NCBI GenBank assembly: GCA_963833985.1
Contig: CAWIAD010000002.1
Location: forward strand, 4,032,001-4,096,000
Reading direction: 5' to 3'
Length of the DNA stretch: 64,000 nt
Source: an uncultured Planctomycetaceae bacterium
Lineage (GTDB): Bacteria > Planctomycetota > Planctomycetia > Isosphaerales > Isosphaeraceae
The translations under genes and the position numbers were made by a program. This document shows, piece after piece, positions 1 to 10,071 of the stretch (the stretch's first letter is position 1; every line of letters begins with the position of its first letter). The notes beneath the pieces were generated by a model. It was not told where the DNA came from. It saw only the letters and a program-made list of their open reading frames with translations, and did no database searches.

Positions 1-1
1 C

Positions 2-1277
2 CGGGCCCTTGCTGGCTCCGAGCCGCCAACGCAACCCCATGCTCAATCGTCCGCCTCACGCCGCACCTGGAGTGCGGGCCGGATGTTCCGTTTCCTGATC
101 GGGCTCGGGCTGCTGGGCTTGCCGGCCTGGATCCTGATGCCCGGCCTGGGCTCGATCACGAGTTCCCGGGCCGTGGTGAACACTCGCATCCTGACCCTGA
201 GCCTCGCCCGCCGACGGCGTGGTCAGCGCCGCACCGGTGCGGGTGGGAGACCGCGTATCGCGCGAGACCAGACTGCTGAGCATTGACGCAACCAGGGTGC
301 CGGATGCAAGGGTCGATGAACTCCGCACGGAATCGGCGAGCCTCGGAGGCCGCGTCCAGGCGCTCCGCCGTCACCAGGAGCGGCTGCGCTCGCTCACTCA
401 GGATTTGCAGCAGCGGTTCAACAGCTACAAGGATTCGATGGTCCGGCGGGTCGCCCACGAGCTGGAAGAAGCGCGCTCGGAGGCCGAGGCGGCCGAGACG
501 GCGCTGCGGCAGCGGACGTCCGAGGAGGCCGAAGAGCAGACGCGTGTGCGGAGAGGGCTGGGCAGCCAGCGCGAGCTGAACCAGGCACGGTTCACCGCCG
601 AGATCGCTTCCAAGGTCGCCACGCGGGCGAACACGGCTGTCGAGCGGCTGACCGACCAGCTCGAATCCATGAAGCGAGGCGTGTTCACAGGTCCTGGCGA
701 CAGCCGCAACGACGTTCCGTATTCCCAGCAGCGGATCCACGAGTTGACCGTTCAGGACCTGGACCTCGAGGCGCGGATCCAGGAAAGCGAGGCGCGGATC
801 GCCCAGCTTGACAACCAGCTCGAGACCGAGCTGAAGCGCTCCGGCGCCGTCGCCGCCTACGACATGAAATCGCCCGTGGACGGGATCGTCTGGCGGCTGT
901 TCGTGGCTCCTGGCAGCGCGGTTGGTCCGCAGACCAGGCTGGTCCAGGTTGCCAGCACGGCGGAGGTGTTCATCGATGCGGCGCTCGACGCCAAGTATGC
1001 CGACGAGATCCGACCCGGTGACCTGGCCATGGTGCGGCTGATTGGCTCGGATGTCGAGGCGCCCGCGACGGTCAAGTACCTGCTGGGCAGTGAAGAGACC
1101 CGGGCGGACGACACCCTGGCCGCCCAGCCGCCCACAACCACACGGCAGGAGCTTCATGTGATCATGAGCTTCGAGCAGCCTCCCGCCGGCGCACCGGCGT
1201 TCAACCAGGACTTCATCGGGCGCCGGGCCGAGGTCCGCTTCCCCGGTGTCACCCACTCGGTCCTGAGGATGCGGTAA
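2..1277 (+). CDS. HlyD-family membrane fusion protein (BgsB/XcsB-like partner of a glucan synthase); probably starts upstream of the window; one frameshift near 203
   Basis: The frame with the TM segment (FRFLIGLGLLGLPAWILMP..RAVVN) is open from base 2 and joins ORF 219..1277 after a 1-nt shift (..SPADGVV..VRVGDRV). It has a long coiled coil, a second lipoyl half-motif (MKSPVDGIVW..VAPGSAV) and a C-terminal beta-barrel (IGRRAEVRF). Confidence 0.8.
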
Positions 1278-1283
1278 GAACAC

Positions 1284-3390
1284 ATGGTCGAGCTCATCCC
1301 CACGTCCTGGAGCGACTTGCGCCCCTATGCCCTGAGCATCTTGCTGGTGGGCTTCTATCTCTGCGTGGCGCCGCGGCTGCCAAGGCGGCAGACCTGGGCG
1401 CGAGTGCTGGTCGCAGGCGTCTGCCTGGCCACGGCCGTCCGTTACCTGGCCTGGCGCGTCTGGGCCACGCTCCTGCCGGCCGAGCTCGCTTCGGCCACCG
1501 GAGCCTGGTACCTGTGCATCTACGCCATCGAGATCATCGCATTCGTGAACTATTCCATCTTCTACCTGATCATGCTGCGCTGGGCGGAACGCTCCGGCGA
1601 GGCCGATCAGCTCGAGGCCGCGCTGCGGAGACGGCCGGCGGCAGAACTGCCCAGCGTGGACGTGTTCATCCCGACTTACAACGAAGGTCCCGAGGTTCTG
1701 CACCGCACCATCCTGGCCGCGCTGAGCATCGATTATCCCCGATTCCAGGTGTACGTGCTGGACGATGGCGGCCGCGACTGGCTGAGGGAATACTGCGCGG
1801 AAAAGGGAGCCCGGTACATCCGCCGCGTGGAGCGCACGCACGCCAAGGCCGGGAACCTGAATCACGCCCTGCGCCTCACCAGCGCAGAGCTGTTCGCCAT
1901 CTTCGACGCCGATTTCGCCGCGGCGCGCAACTTCCTGTACCGCACCGTGGGGTTCTTCGACAATCCGAGCATTGGCATCGTTCAGACGCCGCAGCACTTC
2001 TTCAACCCCGATCCGATCCAGCACAACCTGGGGCTGGCGCGTGCTGCCGGACGACCAGCGGCTCTTCTTCGAGGTCATGGCCCAGAGCCGCGATGCATGG
2101 GACTGCGCGTTCTGCTGCGGCTCGTGCAGCCTCCAGCGCAGGTCCGCCATCGAGGGTGTCGGCGGGGTGCCCACCGGCTCGATCACCGAGGACATCCTCT
2201 CGACCATCATCCTTTTGCGCAAGGGCTACATCACGCGTTACCTGAATGAACGCCTGAGCATGGGACTGGCCGCGGAAAGCCTGGAAGGCTACTTCACCCA
2301 GCGCACGCGGTGGTGCCGCGGCGCCTTGCAGATGCTGTTTCTCAAGGAAGGCCCGCTGGGCCCCGGGCTGACCTTGATCCAGCGGCTCTTCTTCTTCCCG
2401 CTGGACTGGCTGGTCCAGTACCCGGTGCGGGTCGTGGGAATCATCGTGCCCATCGTCTTCCTCTGGACGGGCATCGGCCCGTTCCTCATCACATCGCTCG
2501 ACGAGCTGATGTCGTACCAGTTGCCGGCATTCATTGCGCTCACCTGGACCATGCGGTTCTTCGCGCCCAACTGCTACGTGCCCATCCTGTCCACGGCAAT
2601 CTCCTTCTTCAACAGCCTGCGGATGGTGCCCACGGCGCTGGCGACCATGATCAAGCCGTTCGGCGTTCCGTTTCGCGTCACCCCGAAGGGAAACAACAAC
2701 GCCGCCAGTGCGGCCGACCGGTACGCCCTGATCATCACCGGCGTGCTGGCAGCACTGACGCTCGGGGGGCTGATTCTCAACCGGCTGGACCCGGATCGGC
2801 TCATGGGCGGGCACACGGGCCTGGTCGTTGCCGAGATCTACGCCCTGGTGAACCTGGTGATCCTGGCTCTGGCCGCGGTCATGGCGCTGGAGGTGCCTCG
2901 ACTGCGCCGCACGGAGCGGTTCCCCGTCCATCACCACGGCACGTTCACCACGGCCAGTGAGGAACAGGATGTCCCCTGCGTGCTGCTGGACATCTCCGAG
3001 AGCGGTGCGCGACTGGCCAGCGATCAGTACCTGGAGGCGGGATCCTGGATCGATGTCGACGTCCCCGGCCTGGGCGTTCTGCCGGCGCGGGTGGTGCGCT
3101 CCACGAAGTTGAGCATTGCCGTCGAATTCTCTGACCTGGCCGAAGATCAGCGGCACAAAGTCATCGAATTCATCTACAGTTCGGGACTGAACAACGAGGT
3201 CAGGCAGCTCAACCTCTCCGACACGTTCCGCGGCCTGCTCTCATTCCTGCTCGGCATGCAGCCGGCCATCCGGCAGGCGCCCGCCGTGGTCAGAGGGCCA
3301 GAACGCGTCACGCCCGCGCTGCCCCCAAAACCGGTCTCATACCGGCCGCACCGCTCCCGTGACTCGCTTCAGCCCGTGAACGCCGGTTGA
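1284..3390 (+). CDS. GT2 processive beta-glucan synthase (cellulose/curdlan/mixed-linkage glucan synthase family) with C-terminal PilZ domain; frameshift near 2040
   Basis: ORF 1284..2249 has IPTYNE, LDDG, HAKAGNLN, FDADF and QTPQHF. ORF 1972..3390 continues with FCCGS, ITED, QRTRW and FRVTPK, then PilZ motifs RRTER and DISESG. Confidence 0.9.
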
Positions 3391-3595
3391 CGGAGAGAGC
3401 CGTACTCGCCCGCAAGAAACGGAGGCCAGAAACGCGCGGCTGTCTCGATCAAGCCAGTGCGCCAATAAATGGCCTCTGCTCCACCATGACATCAGTGAAG
3501 TGAGGTAGATCCTCTTCGGTCGACTATCCCGCATTCGCGAGAAAAGATTTGCTGACGACTGGCTGAGCGCCTCTCGAAACCATGATGAACTCTTC

Positions 3596-4003
3596 TCACT
3601 GTCCGGTGGGACCAGGCAGGAACCGCGCGCTTGTGGCGATCACCATGGCTTTCATCTTCTGCGCGGGTTTGTCCAAGGGCCAGTTTCTCACGTCCGCGTG
3701 GTTTGGGTTTTCGGGGAGTGGACTTGCCTCGACAGTCAGTCCTTCGGCCTCGAATACAGTTGCCGCCAGATCCGCACGGCCATGCAACGTCGCCCGGCGA
3801 AGTCCGGACACTCTTTTCCCCTCTGACCAGAGCTCTTCCTCCGTGGCGTTCCGATGTCGCGTAACAGAGAGTTCCAGGTGTGGGTGCGGAATGAGTGCGT
3901 CCGGTTTGATGGTGCGGTTTGAACGAACGTGGCTGGAAAAGAGAATGTAACGAGCCAGAGATTCCGAGGAGTCGACCGGCGGGACATCATGCGAGTCAAA
4001 CAT
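3596..4003 (-). CDS. Hypothetical protein with an ADP-ribosyltransferase-like (Tse2/RES-type) motif pattern; putative toxin/effector
   Basis: 135-aa ORF, third gene of a tightly coupled operon (3-nt gap). It shows an early LAR strand, a central ELSV motif and a late NPNHADV motif. The fold assignment is inference. Confidence 0.55.
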   Translation of the reverse strand: MFDSHDVPPVDSSESLARYILFSSHVRSNRTIKPDALIPHPHLELSVTRHRNATEEELWSEGKRVSGLRRATLHGRADLAATVFEAEGLTVEASPLPENPNHADVRNWPLDKPAQKMKAMVIATSARFLPGPTGQ

Positions 4004-4006
4004 CGT

Positions 4007-4447
4007 TCAAAGTTCTCGAACGAGTTGAATCAGTGTATCAGGTGCTGACGAGTAGAATGCAAGTGTGCCGTAACGCCGATCCGCGCCAAAGAACCCGGCG
4101 TAGTGCAGGAAGCCATTGGGGTCCACGCTCACAGACAAGCTTCTGGCGGAAGACTTGTGCCATTCGAGCGTCAATTGACCGTCCGGCTCTGCGCCCATCG
4201 AAGGTCTTGGAAATCCCAGTGGGAGTGTATCGATCAGGACATACGCATAGCGAAAAGTCTCCAGATCAACGGGTAAAGCGTCGTACCCGTCCCAACCGGC
4301 ATTGCGACACTGCTCCCAGGTTTCCGCCAGTTCATCAAGAGCTTCCTGATGGCCAAGCACGGAAAAACGGAATGCCTCGCGAGGTTGCCGCGCTGCCGTA
4401 TCAATCACATGAGAGAACTGCCCTTCACACAACGACTCCGCGCTCAT
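4007..4447 (-). CDS. Conserved hypothetical protein (WDGYxA motif), middle gene of the TIGR04255-type operon
   Basis: 146-aa ORF with GWDGYDALP...PDGQLTLEW. Its start overlaps the upstream stop (ATGA at 4444-4447). Confidence 0.7.
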   Translation of the reverse strand: MSAESLCEGQFSHVIDTAARQPREAFRFSVLGHQEALDELAETWEQCRNAGWDGYDALPVDLETFRYAYVLIDTLPLGFPRPSMGAEPDGQLTLEWHKSSARSLSVSVDPNGFLHYAGFFGADRRYGTLAFYSSAPDTLIQLVREL

Positions 4448-5235
4448 GATGAACCTCCCCCGAACGCTTCCACGGCCTGTGCCGTCAATAGCGTGAAGAA
4501 TACCTTGTTTTTCAGCCAGCGCATCTGCTTCAAGGCGCTGTCCATCGAATCAGGCTCGTCAGGAATTGGGGTTGTTGAAAACACGTCGATATCTAGCAGC
4601 AGGCCCGCACTCGCCTTCAACCCGGCCGAGAGTGGTTGGAGCACCTTGATGACTCGCACGTTGAACGGATGCCCTGGCACATCGAACGTACTCTGGTACA
4701 CGAATTCCTTCAGCGGCAGGTCCCATGGGCAGGTCGGTGGATCGTGCAGGTAGTCTTGCAGCGAGTGCGGCGTCGCCTGGGCAATCTGGTTAATGAAACG
4801 AACACCGAGTCGCTGGGTTTCCAGTGGCTCGGCAATCTCCGAGTATGCGCGCCATGCGTCACGTGCTGCCTGGAGGAACGTCTCCCAGTGCTCGTAATCT
4901 CTCACTCGGCTGAAAACCAGACCGTCCCGAGTCAGCTGAATTACGTACCGGCCATCATTCGACTTGAGCCGAAGTCCCTGCAAGCCGCGTCTATGCTTCA
5001 CAACAGAAGAGTCTTCGCCATCCTGGGCATCGACCGTTGCCATCATATCCACGTGATGAATGGGTTCCCGGACAGGGTACTCGGGAAGGCTCTCGGACAA
5101 CCGCTTGCGGAGCATTTCTTGATCGAGCAAGTTCCGCGAGCGCGCCTGCCAATGGATGGCTGCTTCCACAATCGGCGGTCGGGCCAGGCGTGGGAAGCTC
5201 TCGTTCAGATCGAGCGTGAATATCCCACGGGTCAT
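4444..5235 (-). CDS. TIGR04255-family protein
   Basis: Motifs PRLARPPIVEA, IQLTRDGLVFSR..YEHWETF, RLGVRFINQI, LLLDIDVF and LKNKVFFTLLT. GGAGG RBS lies before the ATG at 5235. Confidence 0.8.
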   Translation of the reverse strand: MTRGIFTLDLNESFPRLARPPIVEAAIHWQARSRNLLDQEMLRKRLSESLPEYPVREPIHHVDMMATVDAQDGEDSSVVKHRRGLQGLRLKSNDGRYVIQLTRDGLVFSRVRDYEHWETFLQAARDAWRAYSEIAEPLETQRLGVRFINQIAQATPHSLQDYLHDPPTCPWDLPLKEFVYQSTFDVPGHPFNVRVIKVLQPLSAGLKASAGLLLDIDVFSTTPIPDEPDSMDSALKQMRWLKNKVFFTLLTAQAVEAFGGGSS

Positions 5236-5339
5236 TACAGCTTGCCTCCCCGGATGAAGCCCTTCTCTCAATGTATCGAGATCAGACTCGCCGAACACGG
5301 CCGTATTTCGCGGACAACGGGAACCCAGTTACGAGCCTC

Positions 5340-5547
5340 AGCAGCATGTCGACTTGCTCGCGGGCTTTCCAGCAGCATCTCGCCGGGCTCGACCTTCGGG
5401 CGCTGGGGGGACGAGGAGACCCTCGAAAGCCCGCTTCAGAAGGCTCTGGCGAAGCCGGGCAGCACGTTTCAAGATCGCGTCTACCTCTGCATCGATCTTA
5501 TCAAGAAGCGAGCTTCGCCTCTCGATCTCTCTGCGATTTCACGCTGA
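5340..5547 (-). pseudogene. hsdS: C-terminal remnant of a type I restriction-modification specificity subunit
   Basis: Not in the ORF track. Manual translation of the minus strand gives QREIAE/EIERRSSLLDKIDAEVDAILKRAARLRQSLLKRAFEGLLVP/QRPKVEPGEMLLE (two shifts). This matches the conserved HsdS C-terminal helix pattern (LRQSILxxAFxGxLVPQxPxDEPAxxLLE). No upstream TRD sequence is visible. Confidence 0.75.
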
Positions 5548-5842
5548 CGTGCGGCTGACCGGCCCGCTGCCCTGGCATGCCTTCGTGGTACGACCGGCGT
5601 GGTACGACCGGCATGGCCCCTTGCCCGAGCAGGGTCCCGCGGTGGCCAGAATCAGCCTCCTGGAGGAGGCTGTGAGCTCTGAGCGCCGGCGCCATGGAAG
5701 CCCTCACGCGACCCGCCGTCGATGGAGAACTGCGGCACCGGGGACCTGTGGCCGCTTCCGGTGGCGGATCGGCGGGGATAAGATCCAGCCAGTGTCGTGG
5801 CCTGGCGAGAGGCGGCTAACGGGCGGTTGGAGACAAGACCCG

Positions 5843-6877
5843 ATGATTCGTGTGACCCGATTTTCCCCGCGGCTTCTGGCGGTCGTCTTGCTCCTCGCCG
5901 CGGGAGTCACCATCCCCTCGGCCGCGTGCGCAGGGGATTCCTGGCTCGTCTTCAAGGGCGGCGCTGGCCCGGGCAAGGGAAAGCACGTCGTGCTTGTGAG
6001 CGGCGACGAGGAGTATCGTTCGGAGGAGGGGCTGCCGCAACTGGCGAAGATTCTCAGCAAGCGTCACGGCTTCGACTGCACCGTGCTCTTCGCACTGAGC
6101 GAGGACGGGGTGATCAACCCCACCCGTACCGACCATATCGCGGGCCTGCAAGCGCTGCGGACGGCCGAGCTGATGGTCATCCTCACGCGGTTCCGCAACC
6201 TGCCCGACGTCGAGATGAAGGAAATCGCCGACTACGTGGATTCCGGCCGGCCGATCGTGGGCATGCGGACGGCGACGCACGCGTTCAACATCAAGCCCGG
6301 CAGCGGCTACGCCGGGTACTCGTGGACGAGCAAGACGTGGGAAGGCGGCTTCGGGCGTCAGGTGCTCGGCGAGACCTGGATCGACCATCACGGCCACCAC
6401 GGCAAGCAGAGCACGCGGGGCATCCTTGCGCCTGGTGCGGAAGGGCATCCCATCCTGCGCGGGATCAAGGACGGAGACATCTGGGGGCCGACCGATGTGT
6501 ACAAGGTGAGGCTGCCGCTTCCCGGCGACTGCAAGCCGCTGGTGCTCGGGCAGGTGCTCGAGGGCATGAGCCCGACCGACAGGCCGGTCGAAGGCCCGCA
6601 GAACGAGCCGATGATGCCCGTCGCCTGGACAAAGACCTTCGCCGGCAAGTCCGGCAAGCCCGCGCGTGTTTTCAACACCACCATGGGTGCCTCGCAGGAC
6701 CTGCTGAGTGAAGGCACCCGGCGGATGCTGGTGAACGCCTGCTACTGGGCCGCCGGCCTGGAAGATCGCATTTCCGCGAAGAGCGACGTCGCGCTGGTTG
6801 GCGACTACCGGCCAACGCCCTTCGGCTTCGGAGCCCACAAGAAGGGCGTGAAGCCGGAGGACCTGTCGGCGGAGTAG
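5843..6877 (+). CDS. Secreted ThuA-like (class I glutamine amidotransferase-like fold) protein
   Basis: Signal peptide, then VVLVSGDEEYRSEE, GMRTATHAF, RVFNTTMG and RRMLVNACYW. Confidence 0.75.
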   Translation: MIRVTRFSPRLLAVVLLLAAGVTIPSAACAGDSWLVFKGGAGPGKGKHVVLVSGDEEYRSEEGLPQLAKILSKRHGFDCTVLFALSEDGVINPTRTDHIAGLQALRTAELMVILTRFRNLPDVEMKEIADYVDSGRPIVGMRTATHAFNIKPGSGYAGYSWTSKTWEGGFGRQVLGETWIDHHGHHGKQSTRGILAPGAEGHPILRGIKDGDIWGPTDVYKVRLPLPGDCKPLVLGQVLEGMSPTDRPVEGPQNEPMMPVAWTKTFAGKSGKPARVFNTTMGASQDLLSEGTRRMLVNACYWAAGLEDRISAKSDVALVGDYRPTPFGFGAHKKGVKPEDLSAE

Positions 6878-6898
6878 CGCGGCAAGGAAGGATCAGGA

Positions 6899-7201
6899 TC
6901 AACCGCGGAACTGGGTCTTCGGCCGCGCGGCCGCCAGTTCGTGCAGCGTATGCATGATGTTGTACGCGGAGAGCTCGCAGAGCAGCCGGGTGACGTCCTC
7001 GTGGAGGGAGTCGGAGAGCTCGGGCTCGACCTTCTTCATGAGGGCGATGAGCCGGTCCTCCTGCGCCTTGAGCTCATGGGCCTCGATCTTGCCGTCGGCC
7101 ATCGCTTCCATGAAGCCGGTGAGCCGCTGGGCGTAATCCTGGATGAGCGGGGCGTCGGTCGATTCGTCGAGCCAGTGCGTGCGTCCCTGGGTCTTGCTCA
7201 T
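6899..7201 (-). CDS. Small conserved helical hypothetical protein (ADGxxxxxE motif reminiscent of TerB-like proteins)
   Basis: 100-aa ORF with typical codon usage, last gene of the PspA/AAA cluster; contains MEAMADGKIEAHE. Confidence 0.65.
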   Translation of the reverse strand: MSKTQGRTHWLDESTDAPLIQDYAQRLTGFMEAMADGKIEAHELKAQEDRLIALMKKVEPELSDSLHEDVTRLLCELSAYNIMHTLHELAAARPKTQFRG

Positions 7202-7270
7202 GGGGTTGCTCTCTGGGTATCGATGATAAGGTGGAGACGTTTCCGTACGAAAACAACAGGAAGTCCCGGG

Positions 7271-9178
7271 TCAGTCCTCGATCAGCTTGCGAAGGCTCGC
7301 CATCCGCTCCTGGAGCCTGGCGCGCTCCTCGGGGTGGGTCAGGCGTTCCCGCCAGGCAGCCGGCAGATAGCTCATCGAGGTACATTCCAGCACGGCGGCG
7401 AGCTCTTGCTTCTCTTTTTCGAGCCCTTGCGCCGAGGGGACGAAGTCCTCGACCGCCTGCTTCAGGTCTTCGGTCATGATGGACTCGTGGCCCTCGATGA
7501 GGGCGCTGCGCTTGGCCGATAGGACGATGCTCTCGATATCGGCACCGCTCAGGTTCCGCCCGGCCAGGCCGTCGGGCAGCAGGTCGGGGTTGAGCTCGGC
7601 CTTGTTCTTCTTCCCCATCACCTTGAACATGTACCGCACTTCGGTCTCATCGATGGGGTTGAAGAGCGGCAGGTGGACCTCGGCGCGGCCCTGGCGCTTC
7701 AGGTCGATGGGTAGGAAGTCGGGCCGGCTGGTCAGGAGCATCCAGATCAGCTTACCGCGATAGCGGGTATCGCCCATCTGGCTGGCGATCATCGAGAAGA
7801 CGCGACCCGACGTGCCCGAATCACCCCCCGACTCGCGGTTCCCCAGCGCGGCGTCGGCCTCGTCGATGACCACGACGACCGGCCCCATGGCGCGGAGGAC
7901 GGTGAGCAGCTGCTCGAGGTTCCCTTCGGTCTCGCCCACGTACTTCGAGCGGAAGTTCTTGAGCTTGAGGCAAGGGACGCCCACCGAGCCGGCGAAGCAC
8001 TCCGCCAGGTAGGTCTTGCCGGTGCCGACGGGGCCGCAGATGAGGTAGCCCATGGGCGCGGCGTCGAGCCGGCCCTTGGCCAGCAGGGACGCGTCGTCGA
8101 TGAGCCGCTTGCGCACGCCGTCGTTGCCCACGAAGTCGTCGAGCGTATGAGGCGGCTCGACGAACTCGACGAGCCCCCGCGCCTGGCGTTCGATGAGTCC
8201 TTTCTTGAGGACCTTCAGGCTGCCCGAGTCGAGCTTGACGCCCGATTTCTCGGCCCGCGCCAGCAGCCGCTCCAGGCTCACCAGGCTGAGGCCGCTGGTG
8301 AGGTCGGCAAGCTGCGTGGGCGTGAAGTTGGTCAGGTTGCCCAGGTGGCCGTCGCGGTTGTCGAACCAGCCGGCGAACGCCTGCCGGGCGGCCGCATCCG
8401 GCATGGGAATCTCGATCGCGGCCACGTGCGGGCTGCCCACGAGGCGCTCGTTCAGCTCGGAGAGCCGGTCGCAGAGCATGCAGATGGCGATATTGCTGCG
8501 CTTGATATAAGGGCTCTGGGCCCAGGAGAGCAGGCGGACGAGGCGCGAGCCCTGCGGCCCGGCCATCTGGCTCAGCTCGGAGGTGGGCATGAGGTACTGG
8601 GCATGGTCGAAGATCACACCCACGTTGATACGCCGGTCCGGCTTGTCCTCGAGCACGTTCTTCTGGAAAAGCTGATCGAGCAGGGCAAGGAGGGCGTCGG
8701 GGTCCTTGGGCCAGCTTCTCGGCTCGCCGATCCGCTCGGAGACCGGGCCGAACATCGTGCGCAGCCGCTCACGGTTGGTCCCCGCGGCCATGCGCAGGCC
8801 GTAGCTCAGGTCGTGCACCAGCACGATGTCCCAGGCCCCGAAGAGCTGTGTGGCCAGAAAGTCCGAAACCGTACCGTAGGTTCCCGGCGCGGATTCGTCC
8901 TGGCGCACCAGGTCGTGCACGTTGCCGTTGAAGATGAAGAGGCAGGTGGAACCGGCATAGTACTGTTCGGCGAATTCGCGGGCCCACGCGGGAAACCATT
9001 TCGGGACGGCCGCGGCTGCCTCGCCGGGCAGGGCAGGGGCCGCGGCTGCCGGCACGCTCATGGCGGCAGCCGCGATCGCCGGTTCGGTCTCTCCGCCTGG
9101 TTTCACCACGGGGCGAATCTCCTGGGGTAATGGTGGGACTCTGGTCGACCCTGGCCGTCCCGACCCGATCCGATCCAA
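7271..9178 (-). CDS. AAA+ ATPase (classical clade) with a degenerate N-terminal AAA-like domain; start uncertain (9178 or 9061)
   Basis: Walker A GPVGTGKT, pore loop SKYVGE, Walker B VVVIDEAD and second region of homology TSRPDFLPIDLKRQGR. It abuts the pspA-like stop. Confidence 0.9.
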   Translation of the reverse strand: MDRIGSGRPGSTRVPPLPQEIRPVVKPGGETEPAIAAAAMSVPAAAAPALPGEAAAAVPKWFPAWAREFAEQYYAGSTCLFIFNGNVHDLVRQDESAPGTYGTVSDFLATQLFGAWDIVLVHDLSYGLRMAAGTNRERLRTMFGPVSERIGEPRSWPKDPDALLALLDQLFQKNVLEDKPDRRINVGVIFDHAQYLMPTSELSQMAGPQGSRLVRLLSWAQSPYIKRSNIAICMLCDRLSELNERLVGSPHVAAIEIPMPDAAARQAFAGWFDNRDGHLGNLTNFTPTQLADLTSGLSLVSLERLLARAEKSGVKLDSGSLKVLKKGLIERQARGLVEFVEPPHTLDDFVGNDGVRKRLIDDASLLAKGRLDAAPMGYLICGPVGTGKTYLAECFAGSVGVPCLKLKNFRSKYVGETEGNLEQLLTVLRAMGPVVVVIDEADAALGNRESGGDSGTSGRVFSMIASQMGDTRYRGKLIWMLLTSRPDFLPIDLKRQGRAEVHLPLFNPIDETEVRYMFKVMGKKNKAELNPDLLPDGLAGRNLSGADIESIVLSAKRSALIEGHESIMTEDLKQAVEDFVPSAQGLEKEKQELAAVLECTSMSYLPAAWRERLTHPEERARLQERMASLRKLIED

Positions 9179-9928
9179 TCAGATCTCTGGTAGCGGCTCG
9201 AGGGCCCTGGTGGCCGGGCCGAGCTGCTTGGTGGACTGAGCGGCCGCGGGCGTGGCCAGCCCCATCTCTTTCTCGAAGTCCTTGAGCGCATCCTCGCCCA
9301 TCGTCTTCTCGACGGCGATCTCGCGCTTCACGTCCTCGACACCCTCGCCGGAAAGATCGGCCGCCACCCGGACGTGGGCGCGGTTCTTGTCGATCTGGTC
9401 CTGGAGGATCTGCTCGGCCTGGCCGAAATCGGTCGTGACGTTGAAGTTGAACTGGTTGGCAAGCTGCGACATCTCGGCCTCGGCGCGGCTCATCTTCAGG
9501 TCGGCGTCGTACTTGGTGATGCGGTGCTTGACTTCCTCCAGCTTCTCGACGGCATGCTTGATCTTCAGCAGGTTATTGCTGTAGGCCTGCTCATGCAGGG
9601 CGAGCTGCTTCTCGTTCTCGGCCTGGTCTTCCCTGGCTCGCTTCAGGTCCAGCGCGAACCTGGCCGCCGTCTCGCGATCGCCGGCGGCCAGATAGGCCTT
9701 GATCTTGGCCTCGATGGTCGCCACCTGCTTGCGCTGGCCGTCCACCTGCCGCGTCACCCGCTCAACGAGAGCCCGGTACTGGGCCAGTCCCTCGCGACCT
9801 TCCCGCAACTGGTCAACCGACCGGTCGTACTCGTACTGCATCTGGGCGATCGGGTCGTAGCCGCTGAACCAGTTGCCCAGCTTGTTGAACTGCGCCGAGA
9901 TGGCCTTCCAGATTTTTCCCAGGATCAT
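9179..9928 (-). CDS. PspA/IM30 (bacterial ESCRT-III-like) family protein
   Basis: N-terminal amphipathic helix (MILGKIWKAISAQF), DPIAQM motif, long coiled coil, AYLAAGDRETAARFA; 249 aa. Confidence 0.8.
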   Translation of the reverse strand: MILGKIWKAISAQFNKLGNWFSGYDPIAQMQYEYDRSVDQLREGREGLAQYRALVERVTRQVDGQRKQVATIEAKIKAYLAAGDRETAARFALDLKRAREDQAENEKQLALHEQAYSNNLLKIKHAVEKLEEVKHRITKYDADLKMSRAEAEMSQLANQFNFNVTTDFGQAEQILQDQIDKNRAHVRVAADLSGEGVEDVKREIAVEKTMGEDALKDFEKEMGLATPAAAQSTKQLGPATRALEPLPEI

Positions 9929-10071
9929 GGTTCACCTATGTCCGAGCCAAGGGGAAGAGTGGAACGATAGAGCCATGGTAGTGGATCGCCGGGGCATTTT
10001 CCAAGCACGAGGTGCCACCTGGTGCACGGCTTCGAGGGCGATTCGGAAATCATCGCTATTCCTCGTCTGGT

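Noticed and set aside
156..2222. Long antisense ORFs (156..2222, and likewise 18387..20519, 16505..18442, 48548..50401, 56982..59342, 61797..63737)
   Set aside because: These are shadow frames opposite well-supported genes, expected in high-GC DNA, with no recognisable motifs.
1284..3390. Calling the frameshifted genes (glucan synthase, GH51, GH95, uvrA, kinase and others) pseudogenes or programmed frameshifts
   Set aside because: Each has a single indel with intact catalytic motifs, no common slippery sequence is evident, and they are spread across unrelated genes. Sequencing error is more parsimonious.
3400..3590. Possible hsdM/hsdR remnant downstream of the three-gene cassette
   Set aside because: Manual translation gave no convincing motif. 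A blastx search would settle it.
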